Source of the DNA: an uncultured delta proteobacterium
GTDB lineage: Bacteria > Desulfobacterota > Desulfomonilia > Desulfomonilales > Desulfomonilaceae
Direction: 5' to 3'
Assembly (NCBI GenBank): GCA_963789265.1
Contig: CAWBKB010000003.1
Coordinates: 1,088,001 to 1,152,000, forward strand
Length of the DNA: 64,000 bases
Shown here: piece by piece, positions 1-10,330 of the stretch
Layout: every line of letters begins with the position of its first letter
Numbering within the stretch: position 1 is the stretch's first letter
The notes under the pieces: generated by a model
Databases searched by the model: none
Told to the model about the DNA's origin: nothing
What the model saw: the letters and a program-made list of their open reading frames with translations, nothing else
Program-made: the position numbers and the translations under genes

Positions 1-2
1 CC

Positions 3-98
3 TTGCTCTTCAGAAGGAAGGAAGAAGAGGACGCGTTCGACGAACTTTATGTTCGCCAGAACACCGGCTTGGGGATTGCGAAAGCACTCGAGCATTAA
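3..98 (+). CDS. 3' end of an unidentified CDS entering from the window edge
   Basis: Open frame LLFRRKEEEDAFDELYVRQNTGLGIAKALEH* followed by a terminator-like hairpin. Confidence 0.35.
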   Translation: MLFRRKEEEDAFDELYVRQNTGLGIAKALEH

Positions 99-122
99 TC
101 TAGGGATGTATTTCTCATTCTT

Positions 123-149
123 GGGGAAGGCCCAGGCCTTCCCCTTTTT
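123..149 (+). terminator. Rho-independent terminator
   Basis: GGGGAAGGC-ccag-GCCTTCCCC followed by TTTTT. Confidence 0.7.
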
Positions 150-177
150 CGTTCTAAAATGATTGGGGAGAAAAAGT

Positions 178-344
178 GTGACCGTTGACTTACCGGCGCG
201 AAATTGTCGTTGCTAGGAGCTAAGCGACGAAGCAATCTCGGTTCCGGACGCTCTCCAGAAATAAGATTGCTTTCCCGCGGGACGCGGGACTCGCAATGAC
301 ACCGGTTGGAACAGGTCGATGACCCCAGATAACTGAAAGGATAC
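178..344. mobile_element. Degenerate MITE with IS66-like ends carrying a REP-like palindrome (205-301)
   Basis: Ends GTGACCGTTGACTTAC / AACTGAAAGGATAC; flanks GAAAAAGT (170-177) and AAAAAAGT (345-352); internal arms ...CGACGAAGCAATCT / AGATTGC...TCGCAATGACA. Confidence 0.6.
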
Positions 345-352
345 AAAAAAGT

Positions 353-485
353 GTAACCATTCAGCTTGTGGAGCAGTCACGCGAGGCGCGAGACAGCCTG
401 CCGGGGAAATCCCTGCTCAATGGCGGGCTGGAAAGCCCACCCCCGTGAAGCCACCCGCAAATTCCGGCTGTAACTGAATGCATAC
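353..485. mobile_element. MITE with IS66-like ends, homologous to 37479-37600
   Basis: Ends GTAACCATTCAG / GTAACTGAATGCATAC; flanks AAAAAAGT and GAAAAAGT (486-493); shared internal CAGCCTGCCGGGGAAA..GGCGGGCT.GAAAGCCCAC..TTCCGGCTGTAACT. Confidence 0.75.
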
Positions 486-585
486 GAAAAAGTGCGGAGC
501 ACTGTTTACTTCGTGAACCACGTGTGATATTAATATCAGATTGAGCTGATTAAGCGTTTGCATGCCTATCAGGAGGATGATGAGA

Positions 586-856
586 TTGGCATTTCATACG
601 GAGAAGAAAAAATCAATCATTGAGAAGTACCGGCTCCACGAGAGTGACACGGGGTCTCCTGAGGTCCAAATAGCGCTCCTCAGCGAACGAATCGGATATC
701 TTACCGAGCATTTCAAGATTCATAAGAAAGACCACCATTCTCGTCGAGGCCTTCTCAAGCTCGTCGGACAGCGCCGACGGTTGTTGGATTATTTGAGAGC
801 CAAGAAACGTTGACCGGTACAAAACCATCATAGCCGAACTGGGTATTAGAAAGTAG
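586..856 (+). CDS. rpsO: 30S ribosomal protein S15 (apparent +1 frameshift at ~805)
   Basis: [33 protein letters not shown] with TTG start; removing one A in GAAAC restores [17 protein letters not shown]. Confidence 0.97.
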
Positions 857-925
857 CTCTAATCTCTGAAGGCGCGACATCGCGGCGGGATAATCCCCGA
901 ACGCGTGATGAGGATCATCGTAATT

Positions 926-3016
926 ATGGCTCATATTGCAAGTACCACTGTTTCAGGCAAAGAAATCGTGTTCGAGTCAGGACACTTGGCCAAACAGGCC
1001 TCAGGAGCTGTTCTCGTTCGTAGCGGAGAGACGGTGGTTCTCGTTACAGCCGTGGCAGAAAAACACGGCAGAGAAGGGATCGATTTCTTCCCGCTCACTG
1101 TTGACTACCTGGAAATGACATACGCCGCCGGAAAAATTCCGGGCGGCTTTTATAAGAGGGAAGGACGCCCCACAGAAAAAGAAATTCTGACGGCCAGGTT
1201 TATTGATCGCCCGATACGACCGTTGTTTCCAAAGGGCTTTAAGTCAGAAACTCAGATCATCGCGACCGTTCTGTCCTCCGACGGCGAAAGCGATGCTGAC
1301 ATGCTGGCCATAAATGGGGCCTCCGCTGCTCTCCACATTTCGGACATCCCTTTTACCGGACCGATTGGAGCGGTACGAGTAGGCCGGGTTGATGGAAATC
1401 TTATCGTCAATCCGTCTCCGTTGGAGGATTCCTATTCGGACCTGAGCTTAATAGTTGTCGGGTCGCATCAGGGCATAGTTATGGTCGAAGGTGGCGCTGA
1501 TCGGATTTCCGAGGAAGTCATCCTGGAGTCCATATTCAAAGCTCAAGACGAAATTATGCAGATAGTGGAGGCTCAGGAAAAACTGCGTGAGCAGGCTGGG
1601 AAGCCCAAGAGAGAAGTCACACCTCCAGTCCAGGACGAAGAATTGGTACAGAAAATCAGAAGCGAATGGGGCCAACAGATCGAAAGCGCCGTAGCCATTC
1701 CGGCGAAACTTGAACGACAAGGCACCTTGAGCATGATCTATGACAAAGTCCTCGAATCCGCGGGTGAAGAAGCCACGCAGCGCCGCTCGGAGATCCTGGG
1801 CTATCTGGAGAAGATCGAGGGCGAGTTTATCCGAAAGATGATTCAGGAAAAGAGTGTCCGCATCGGAGGGCGTTCCTTTACCGACATTCGCAATATTTCG
1901 ACTGAAATAGCAGTATTGCCTCGAACGCACGGCAGCGCGCTGTTCACTCGCGGTGAAACTCAGGCGCTGGTTATTGTAACGCTGGGCACATCCTCCGACG
2001 AGCAGAAAATCGAAGCGCTCGAAGGCTCAAGCTACAAATCTTTCATGCTCCATTATAAATTTCCGCCATTTTCCGTGGGGGAAGTCAAGTTTCTCAGGGG
2101 ACCGTCTCGCCGGGAGATAGGTCACGGCGCCCTTGCTGAAAGGGCCCTGGCATATTTGCTCCCGAATGACGAAGAATTCCCTTACACTATCCGCGTGGTC
2201 TCGGAGATTCTGGAGTCCAACGGCTCCTCCTCTATGGCCACAGTCTGCGGCGCATCGCTTTCCCTCATGGATGCCGGAGTTCCGCTGGCAGAGCCCGTGG
2301 CGGGAATTGCCATGGGATTGCTCAAAGAAGACGGCCGCGTGATTGTGCTCTCTGACATTATTGGAGATGAGGATCATCACGGGGATATGGATTTCAAGGT
2401 GGCGGGAACCAGGGACGGCATCACTGCCCTGCAAATGGACATCAAGATCCAAGGAATCACTCGCGAGATTCTGACCGAGGCACTGTTTCAGGCAAGGGAG
2501 GGACGCAGACACATACTGGACATAATGGCCCAGACCATCAGCAAATCCAGGACAGAAATATCCCCATACGCGCCAAGGATCTTTGTTATGTATGTGAACC
2601 CTGAGAGAATCAGGGACATCATCGGCCCGGGCGGCAAAGTAATTCGGGCCATACAGGAAGAGACAAACACCAAGATCGAGGTGGACGACACGGGAAAGGT
2701 GGTAATTGCCTCGGTGGACGTCCAGGGCGCGGATCAGGCCAAGGCCGCCATAAAGTCTCTCACCCAAGAGGCTGAAGTGGGAAGAATTTACATGGGGACG
2801 GTTCGCAAGATCACGGATTTCGGGGCTTTCGTGGAAATCTTTCCCGGTACCGACGGCTTGGTCCATATATCGCAACTTGCCCCGGAACGGGTCCGCAAGG
2901 TAACGGACGTTATCAGAGAAGGCGACACTTTCCCTGTCAAAGTGATCGGAATTGACCCTCAGGGCAAGATCAAACTTTCACGGAAAGACGCAATCGGTCA
3001 AACTCCCGACAAATGA
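926..3016 (+). CDS. pnp: Polyribonucleotide nucleotidyltransferase (PNPase)
   Basis: FFPLTVDY, RREIGHG, SNGSSSMA, GDMDFKVAG, KH and S1 domains; follows rpsO. Confidence 0.98.
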   Translation: MAHIASTTVSGKEIVFESGHLAKQASGAVLVRSGETVVLVTAVAEKHGREGIDFFPLTVDYLEMTYAAGKIPGGFYKREGRPTEKEILTARFIDRPIRPLFPKGFKSETQIIATVLSSDGESDADMLAINGASAALHISDIPFTGPIGAVRVGRVDGNLIVNPSPLEDSYSDLSLIVVGSHQGIVMVEGGADRISEEVILESIFKAQDEIMQIVEAQEKLREQAGKPKREVTPPVQDEELVQKIRSEWGQQIESAVAIPAKLERQGTLSMIYDKVLESAGEEATQRRSEILGYLEKIEGEFIRKMIQEKSVRIGGRSFTDIRNISTEIAVLPRTHGSALFTRGETQALVIVTLGTSSDEQKIEALEGSSYKSFMLHYKFPPFSVGEVKFLRGPSRREIGHGALAERALAYLLPNDEEFPYTIRVVSEILESNGSSSMATVCGASLSLMDAGVPLAEPVAGIAMGLLKEDGRVIVLSDIIGDEDHHGDMDFKVAGTRDGITALQMDIKIQGITREILTEALFQAREGRRHILDIMAQTISKSRTEISPYAPRIFVMYVNPERIRDIIGPGGKVIRAIQEETNTKIEVDDTGKVVIASVDVQGADQAKAAIKSLTQEAEVGRIYMGTVRKITDFGAFVEIFPGTDGLVHISQLAPERVRKVTDVIREGDTFPVKVIGIDPQGKIKLSRKDAIGQTPDK

Positions 3017-4320
3017 ATCAAGGAATCGTCATCCCACCTTCGGCCACCAAGTTCGGCGATCTAGGCACCTACCGCAAAACCACTCTGGATAATGGTTTAC
3101 GGATTGTTACGGAGGAAATGCCTTACCTGCAATCCGTTTCTCTCGGGATATGGGTCCGTTCCGGGTCAAGGTTTGAGCGGCCGGCCGTCAACGGAATTTG
3201 TCATTTTATTGAACACATGCTCTTCAAGGGTACCGAGCGCCGCTCAGCTTTTACCATAGCCAAGGAAATCGATTCGGTAGGCGGGGTACTGAATGCCTTT
3301 ACCAGCAAAGAAATGACCTCGTTCTACTGCCGCATCCTCAGTGAAAACCTCGAACTAGCCATAGATCTGTTGAGCGATATTTTTCTCAACTCTTCCTTTC
3401 CGGAAGAAGAGATCGAACGGGAAAAGCAAGTGATCTGCCAGGAGATCCACCAAATGGAAGATAATCCGGAAGATTTGGTGCATGAAATCCTTGGCGCCAG
3501 ATTCTGGCAGGATGATCCTTTGGGCCAGCCTATACTCGGGACCATTCCCAATGTCGCTAAGCTGGACAGAGACACCATTGTAGGATTCAAGCATAGCTAT
3601 TATACCCCTGAAGAGACCGTGGTTTGCGCGGCTGGAAACATCGAGCACGACCGCTTTGTAGATTCTATCGAAAAAAAGATGGGAAGCTTTGCGCGGGCTT
3701 CGGCGCAAACGCGGCTCACCGCTCCTAAAAGCGATTCATCCGCTAATGTTGTCGAACGCGATCTCGAACAGGTGCATGTTTGTGTTGCCGCGGAAGCCCC
3801 CAGCGCGGTAGATGAAAGCCGACACGCTGCATATATTCTCAATACTATTCTGGGCGGCGGGATGAGTTCCAAGCTCTTTCAGGAAATTCGGGAAAAGAGA
3901 GGATTGGCCTATTCCGTGTACTCCTTCCTCTCCTCGGTCTCGGATACAGGGATCTTCGGGATTTACGCCGGTTGTGATCCCGAGCGCCTCGAAGAACTCC
4001 TTCAGACCATGGGCAAGGAAACGTTGGAACTCTCCAGGAGAGTCACAGACGAAGACATTGTCACCGCTAAGAGCCAGATCAAGGGCAACATCATTCTTGC
4101 GATGGAATCCACGGACTCCCGCATGAATCGGCTCGCCAAAGGAGAGTTTTATTTCGGCAGATACATCCCTTTGGATGAAATAATCGGCTCGATGGAGAAA
4201 GTTACTGCAACAGAGTTGCAAGCAACAGCGGAACAGATAATCAATCCGGAGCGTCTTACCATCGTGGCCCTGGGCCCTGTCGCTTCGGACACCGATCTCT
4301 TCGGCCTATTCAAAGGTTGA
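3013..4320 (+). CDS. M16 (pitrilysin) family Zn peptidase
   Basis: HFIEH inverted zincin motif, NAFT, LGGGMSSKLFQEIREKRGLAY; usual position after pnp. Confidence 0.93.
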   Translation: MNQGIVIPPSATKFGDLGTYRKTTLDNGLRIVTEEMPYLQSVSLGIWVRSGSRFERPAVNGICHFIEHMLFKGTERRSAFTIAKEIDSVGGVLNAFTSKEMTSFYCRILSENLELAIDLLSDIFLNSSFPEEEIEREKQVICQEIHQMEDNPEDLVHEILGARFWQDDPLGQPILGTIPNVAKLDRDTIVGFKHSYYTPEETVVCAAGNIEHDRFVDSIEKKMGSFARASAQTRLTAPKSDSSANVVERDLEQVHVCVAAEAPSAVDESRHAAYILNTILGGGMSSKLFQEIREKRGLAYSVYSFLSSVSDTGIFGIYAGCDPERLEELLQTMGKETLELSRRVTDEDIVTAKSQIKGNIILAMESTDSRMNRLAKGEFYFGRYIPLDEIIGSMEKVTATELQATAEQIINPERLTIVALGPVASDTDLFGLFKG

Positions 4321-4341
4321 TCGCCACATCATATTTGAGTT

Positions 4342-5455
4342 TTATTCCGGTTGATCTTCTTTGTTGTCCGTGGATTCTCTGCGGCGGATCTCAGCTTTTC
4401 GAGAGAGATTATCTATAGAGACGGCAACCTTCCCTAGGCTTCTCATACCTAGCAGATTTGTGAGCCGCTTGATATTCTTATCAAACACCTGCACTTCGAT
4501 CTCGCCCAAAGGCAAATTGAAGAGAAAAGCGGTCTTCACTTTGTAGCGTGTCACCCTGAGCACGGAACCATCCGCTATGGTGACAATTCCTTTTCCTATT
4601 TTAGTCACCGGGGTATCGTGGCCTATCTCCTGAAGGAGATCCCGGCCGATGAGGGAAGATGAAGCCCCGGTGTCCAGGAGAAACCTGTGCGGTGTCCCAT
4701 TCTTGCGGAAGCGAACCTGCACGAAAATGTGACCCTTTTGGCTAACAGGCACTATCACACTCATGGGACCCGAGGCCGAGACTGACAGCTCCTTCAAAAT
4801 CCTTTCCGCCATCTTTCCGGTTTCTTTGTCAGGGTTCAGGCTCATAGCCCTTTCCGCGTCTCTGCGAGCGGATTCGACTCTGTCCTTGCGAAGGTATGCC
4901 AGCCCTCGCCCTGCGTAGGCAAAACTGGACTTCGGGTCCAATTCGACGGCTTTGTTGAGGTCGCTGACAGCCTCGTCAAATCTCCCCAGGTTTATAAAGG
5001 TGATCCCACGGTTGGCAAAGCAGATTGAGCGAAGAGATTCGTTCCCATGGGCCGTTTTGATCGCCGCCGTAAGATCGGCCAACGCGCTTTTCCCCCGGCC
5101 TTGCCGGAGGCTCATGTACTCCGCGAAGTTGCAGCCCTGAGGCTAGTACTTCGCCATCTACCCCGCCGGAGCGTAGTAGTTCGTTAACATCCTTGTATGC
5201 CTGCTTCAGGTCACCTTCACCAAGATAAGCTTGAGCCCGGGACAGTCTCACCACCTGCGCATTGTGCGTGTGGGGATCCACTGAATCCAGGGCTTGCGCA
5301 AAAACTTGAGCAGCTTGCTTATAGTGGTGAGACTTGAGGAGTTGTTTTCCTTTTTCAAACAAGGTTTCCACATTCTCGCCGGCATAGCCCTGGAGAGTAC
5401 AAGCGATAACAACTAGGATCGAACTGAAAACCAACAAGATGGTGCTACGTGCCAA
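4342..5455 (-). CDS. Exported TPR-repeat protein with C-terminal retropepsin-like aspartyl protease (apparent frameshift at ~5116; start uncertain)
   Basis: ORF 4976-5641 gives a hydrophobic leader and TPRs; ORF 4342-5115 gives TPRs, FLLDTGAS and LLGM. Confidence 0.75.
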
Positions 5456-5597
5456 GCTGTTTTCACGCTTAGGAAATTGCTGTGATAGCCGCTCCGAGAA
5501 TCCGCGACTTTTGCGTTCAATTTCGGGGGCGGTCCGGAAGTTGAGTTCCTCGCATGAAGGCTGTTCTTCGCATCTTCCGGTCTGAGTATCGTTTTTG

Positions 5598-6107
5598 TCA
5601 TTTCGGAGGCCGTTTTCTGAACCATTCCACCATCCCTTCAAGCTCGGCCAACTCTCTCCCGGAGAACTTCCTCACCAACGTCAGGACCTGTTGTGCCAAC
5701 CAAAATCTTTCTTCTTTTTGCGCACGGTCGGCAGCATCCAGGACTCCTTTCAGCAGGTCCGTCAGTGTCGTGAGTTGGTCGAAAATCGAATCTGCCACCA
5801 GGGCATCGAGCTTCCTCTGCCGCGCTCCCAGGATGGTCACGACCTTTGAAGGATCAACGGATGGACCGCCTGTTATGGGTGTCCCCCCTTTAAGGATAGC
5901 ACCTGCGTGGTTGTTGGGAAGCACGTAGCCGCGACTCAGCTCATCAGCCTGCAAATCAGGGTAGATTTGTTTGAGCTGAACCCCGGTCCTCACATCGAAA
6001 AACTCCGGCAAAGCCCCCTGGCCGGCTCCTGCTGTGCCGCAGGGGACCTTAACCAGGATGTTCGCTTCTCGTATGAGAATGTAATCGTACTCATCCGCCG
6101 TGCTCAT
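5598..6107 (-). CDS. Hypothetical protein (169 aa)
   Basis: Clean ATG ORF with protein-like composition; family not recognised. Confidence 0.6.
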   Translation of the reverse strand: MSTADEYDYILIREANILVKVPCGTAGAGQGALPEFFDVRTGVQLKQIYPDLQADELSRGYVLPNNHAGAILKGGTPITGGPSVDPSKVVTILGARQRKLDALVADSIFDQLTTLTDLLKGVLDAADRAQKEERFWLAQQVLTLVRKFSGRELAELEGMVEWFRKRPPK

Positions 6108-6225
6108 GGAGGTATAATAGCATGATGGAAAACATCCGTTGAGAGAGAAGCGCAGATTAGGGTGTGTTAGGCTCTTGTCGGCCCCATGTCCACCGCATAC
6201 CGGAAATGGTGGATAAAGTCTAACT

Positions 6226-6440
6226 GTAATCCCTCAATTGTGAGCAGCAAAAGATTGTCATTGCAAGCGGAGCGAAGCAATCTCATTGGTGGGACCGGCA
6301 TCTTGCCGGTCATTCGTCACCCCGGATCGAATCCGGGGTCCAGACTGGATTCCGGCGTACGCCGGAATGACGATTGCCTTGTCGTTTCACTCCTCGCAAT
6401 GACAGAAAACCGAGAATTCTTAGCGTCATTGAATGATTGC
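6226..6440. mobile_element. MITE (inverted homolog of 51910-52054) with nested palindromes
   Basis: Both ends align to the reverse complement of 51910-52054; centre replaced by ~90 bp of other hairpins. Confidence 0.7.
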
Positions 6441-6521
6441 AGTTGCTTCAGATTTTTGCTTTACATTAGACCGGACCGAAGATAGTATCCGCACATTTCA
6501 ATGAATTGGGCTCTAACTCTA

Positions 6522-9500
6522 ATGAAGATCTCAAAACTCGAAGTCAAGGGATTCAAAAGCTTTCCCGACAAGACCGTCTTTGAGTTCAAGCCCGGCATAA
6601 CTGCCATTGTGGGCCCGAACGGTTGCGGTAAAAGTAATGTTTTTGAGACATTACGCTGGGTTATGGGAGAGCAGAAGGTTCGCAGCCTGCGTGGCAAAAA
6701 GATGGAAGATGTCATCTTCAATGGCTCGGAAAGCCGCAAGCCGGTGGGCATGGCGGAAGTTCGACTGGTTCTTTCCAATGCCGAAGGTCTGGCACCATCT
6801 TCCATGGCCGATTACGACGAAATCATGATAACTCGCCGCCTGTTCCGAGACGGAGAATCTCAGTACGAAATCAATAATGTCCCCTGCCGGCTCTCGGACA
6901 TCACTGATTTCTTCCTCGACACAGGAGTAGGCAAGAAACTCCTATGCCATTATCGAACAGGGGAGCGTGGACGCGATCGTGGCATCAAGGCCCGAGGATC
7001 GTCGTGTGTTGATCGAGGAGGCCGCAGGGATCAACCGTTACAAATCCCGTCGGGAAGCCGCTCTGAAGAAACTTGATCAAACTCGGCAAAACTTGTTGCG
7101 GATCAGTGATGTTATCGGAGAGGTCAAGCGCCAGAGTTCCTCGCTGAAGAGACAGGCTTCGAAGGCCCAACGTTATCGGGAGCTGAGCGAGCATCTACAA
7201 GAACTGGATATGGCATTCCATGCTTATAAGTGCCGTCAACTCCAGAAACAAGCGGAACAGATCCAGGGGGAACTGGAAACCGGTCGGTCGGATCTTTTGC
7301 AGAAAGAATCTCATTACTCCATCATAACGGCTCGACTGGAACACGATAGACTTAAATCCCTGGAGAGAGAAAAGGGCTTGAAAGATCTTCTCGAAGCGCG
7401 CCATCGAGTGGAACTGGACCTGACCGGTTTGAGGGGTGGCATGGAGAGAGATCGGAACCGCGTCTTGCAACTTGAAAACCAGACGCAGCGGTCTTTCGGA
7501 GAAAAGCAAGTCCTGGAAGAAAAGGTCGAGGAAGCAAGGGCTCTTCAAGACGCATTGCATAAAGATAAGCAAGAGGCCGATAGGGAGTTGGGGCTTGTCA
7601 GCGAACAATTGGAACAAGCCACGAAGGACTCGGAGGATGTCGAAAAAGATGTCGTCAGCCAACGCGACCGTTTGGAGCAGCTCAAGGATGATCTATTCCA
7701 CATTCTTCAGGAGACATCCCAGGAGAAAAATCGAAGAGAAACCCTGACAAGACGCGGGATAGAAATAGAAGCAGCTCTGGACAGGATCTCCAAGGACTTT
7801 GCAGAAACTCATTCCAGCCAGGATAAAGATGAAAGCGAAAAAGAAGGACTGACATCCAATTTGGCCGAACTCGGCCGAATCCAACAAGAGAACGCGACCG
7901 CAAAAGCGGAGCTGATCAAAGCTCGGGAAGTAGCCGGGAAACATATAGATTCGCTGAGAGAAAGTCTCAAGGTATCGGAAAAGGAGTTGGCAGCGGCCCA
8001 GGCGAAGCTCGAATCACTTGAAGAACTGCAAAGGAACTACAGTGGTTATGATCGAGCGGTCAGATTCATGCTCAACGATGGAGCATTCGGAACAAAAGAG
8101 GCTCTCCTGGGCCCTCTTGCCGAGATGATCGACGTCCCTCCGGAGTTCCAAAAAGCCCTTTCAGCAGCCCTTGGCGATCGTTTGGGCCATTTAGTGGTCG
8201 CCTCCACTCGTGACGGGGCCAAGGCCGCGGATAGGCTTAAAGAAGCCGGCGCGGGTAGATCCACATTTATTCCTATATCTCCTCGACCGGCCCCGGAATC
8301 AGAGCCTGGTAATGTACCGGACGGTCTTACCCCGCTACAAGAGGTGGTTTGTTTTCGTGAAGGATGCGAGAGCTTGGGGAACTTCTTGTTGAACCGCTGC
8401 TTCGTTGTCGAGGATATTCGGCAAGCAGTGGAGATTTGGGAAAATAACGGAATCCACGTTGACTTGGTAACTCCCGGGGGCGACATGCTCAACCGCTACG
8501 GTGAGATCACCGCGGGCGCACGGGAGGACAGCCGAGAAATAGTTTTTGAGCAGCGCCGCGAGATCGCGGAGCTTGAAGAAAAGATTGCACGTGTGCAACC
8601 TGAGCTGGATAGTTTGCAGTTGAGTATGAAGCAGCAGGAGGCACACCTTGAAAAGCTTTCTGAAGAGAGAGATCAAGTCGAGAGGCTTTTGAACGAATCA
8701 AACGTGAACGCAGTTCGTCGGCGAAAGGATCGAGAAGTCCTTGAAGCCAGATTGGCAAATTCGGAACGCAAACTGGAGGTCCTGAACCTGGAAAGAGCGA
8801 GGGTGACAAAGGAACGGGAGGACCTTTCCATCGACCTTGCCTGCGCCGAGAAAGCCATTAGTCTCTTGGAAGACAGACGAATCTATATACAGCAAGAACG
8901 AGAGGCAGCAAGCCGCAAACTCGAAGAATGCAGCCGCTTTGCCACAGAAAAGTCACAGTTCACAAGCCAACTCCGAGTCAGAGCGGCACAAATGGAAGAG
9001 AGAAGCCATTCACTGGATCGCGAGTGCAGGTCCTCCCAGGAAAGCCTCAATCAACATGTGTCAAGGTTGACCGCCCTTTCGGCAGAGATAGAGCGAAACG
9101 AGATTGAAGTAAATAAACTTGGAGAGCAGCTCTATCATGCTGAACTGAGAGAAAAGGAGCTAATGGAGCATCACGCCTTGCAGACTGATCAGATTGAGAA
9201 GCTGCAAACCGAATCCAACGAGATCTCTGTTTCTATAGAAGGGCTGGAGGGAGAGGTCGCTGCAACTGGAAAGGCAGTCAAAGAGCTGAAGGAGACTGTC
9301 CACGACTTGGAAATGGAGTCTGTACGTCTGGACCAAGTCCAGCAAGGGCTTGTTGAAAAGATCCTGGAACGATATCACGTAGATCCACGCTCCATGCCCT
9401 GTCCTGAGTCCCCTCCCGATGATCAAATGATATCCGACGTTCGCAATAAGATGGATACAATGGGTGAGGTGAATTTGGCGGCTATCGCGGAGAGCAAACA

Positions 9501-10056
9501 AGCTGAGGAAAGGCTGACATTTCTGCTCGATCAGGAGCAAGACTTGAAAAAAGCCGTGGATTCTCTGTACGCCACTATAAATACCATCAATAAGACCACT
9601 CGGGAACGCTTTCGCGTTGCTTTCGACAGCGTCAACGAGAAATTCCACGAGATATTTCCGTTTCTTTTCAGGGGCGGCGAGGCGCGCTTAGAGCTTACTG
9701 ATGAAGAAGACCTTCTCGAAACCGGCGTGGACATCATGGCTCGCCCCCCGGGGAAGAGAATTCAGAACATGGACCTACTGTCCGGAGGCGAGAAGGCCCT
9801 TACAGCGGTGGCTCTAATCTTCTCCATTTTCCTGATACGACCCTCGCCGTTCTGTCTTCTTGACGAGGTGGATGCACCTCTAGACGATTCTAACCTCGTC
9901 CGGTTCAACGAGATGCTTAGAAAACTCTCGGACCGAACTCAATTCCTTGTTATTACCCACAACAAGCGAAGCATGGAAGAGGCCGATTCACTTTATGGCA
10001 TAACTATGGAAGAACCTGGCGTGTCAGGTGTAGTTTCGGTTGAATTTGTGAAGTAA
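6522..10056 (+). CDS. smc: Chromosome segregation protein SMC (apparent +1 frameshift at ~6936)
   Basis: GFKSF, GPNGCGKSN, coiled coils and hinge, LSGGEK, LLDEVDAPLD; correction restores KNSYAIIEQG. Confidence 0.96.
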
Positions 10057-10169
10057 ATAGGGGCCATGAAAGAAGCCCCATATTAATGAAGATTAATCAG
10101 GTTATGCATTTTTGCGACTGTGAATTTGCCCTTATGTCCGACAAACTTCATAGTCAATCCATTTGCCTC

Positions 10170-10257
10170 CTAATCATTTTCTAACAGAGCGCTCACCATA
10201 TTCTAAACTTTACGTGACTAATTTCTAATATTGTTCTTACGGCCCCTTAATGAATAG
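10170..10257 (+). promoter_or_regulatory. PHO-box-like array: 8 half-sites at exact 11-bp spacing
   Basis: CTAAT/CTAAC/CTCAC/CTAAA/GTGAC/CTAAT/CTTAC/TTAAT starting at 10170, 10181, 10192, 10203, 10214, 10225, 10236, 10247, upstream of pstS. Confidence 0.65.
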
Positions 10258-10330
10258 GGCTTATCTTTGGAATAATACTTACCAGCAGTTGGTTATCCGG
10301 TAAGATATTGAAATGATGTGATGAAAGGAG

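Noticed and set aside
811..813. UGA in rpsO as selenocysteine
   Set aside because: It arises from the frameshift; the conserved C-terminus lies in another frame and no Cys is expected there.
6186..6485. ORFs 95-346, 6186-6485, 27945-28283, 31613-31921, 51738-52093 and 61329-61676
   Set aside because: They are largely translations of palindromic repeat elements (e.g. VIARSETTKQS recurs), not credible genes.
586..10056. rpsO and smc (and the other split genes) as true pseudogenes or programmed frameshifts
   Set aside because: Both halves are intact, core genes are affected, single-base corrections restore conserved motifs, and there are no slippery heptamers; sequencing error is more parsimonious.
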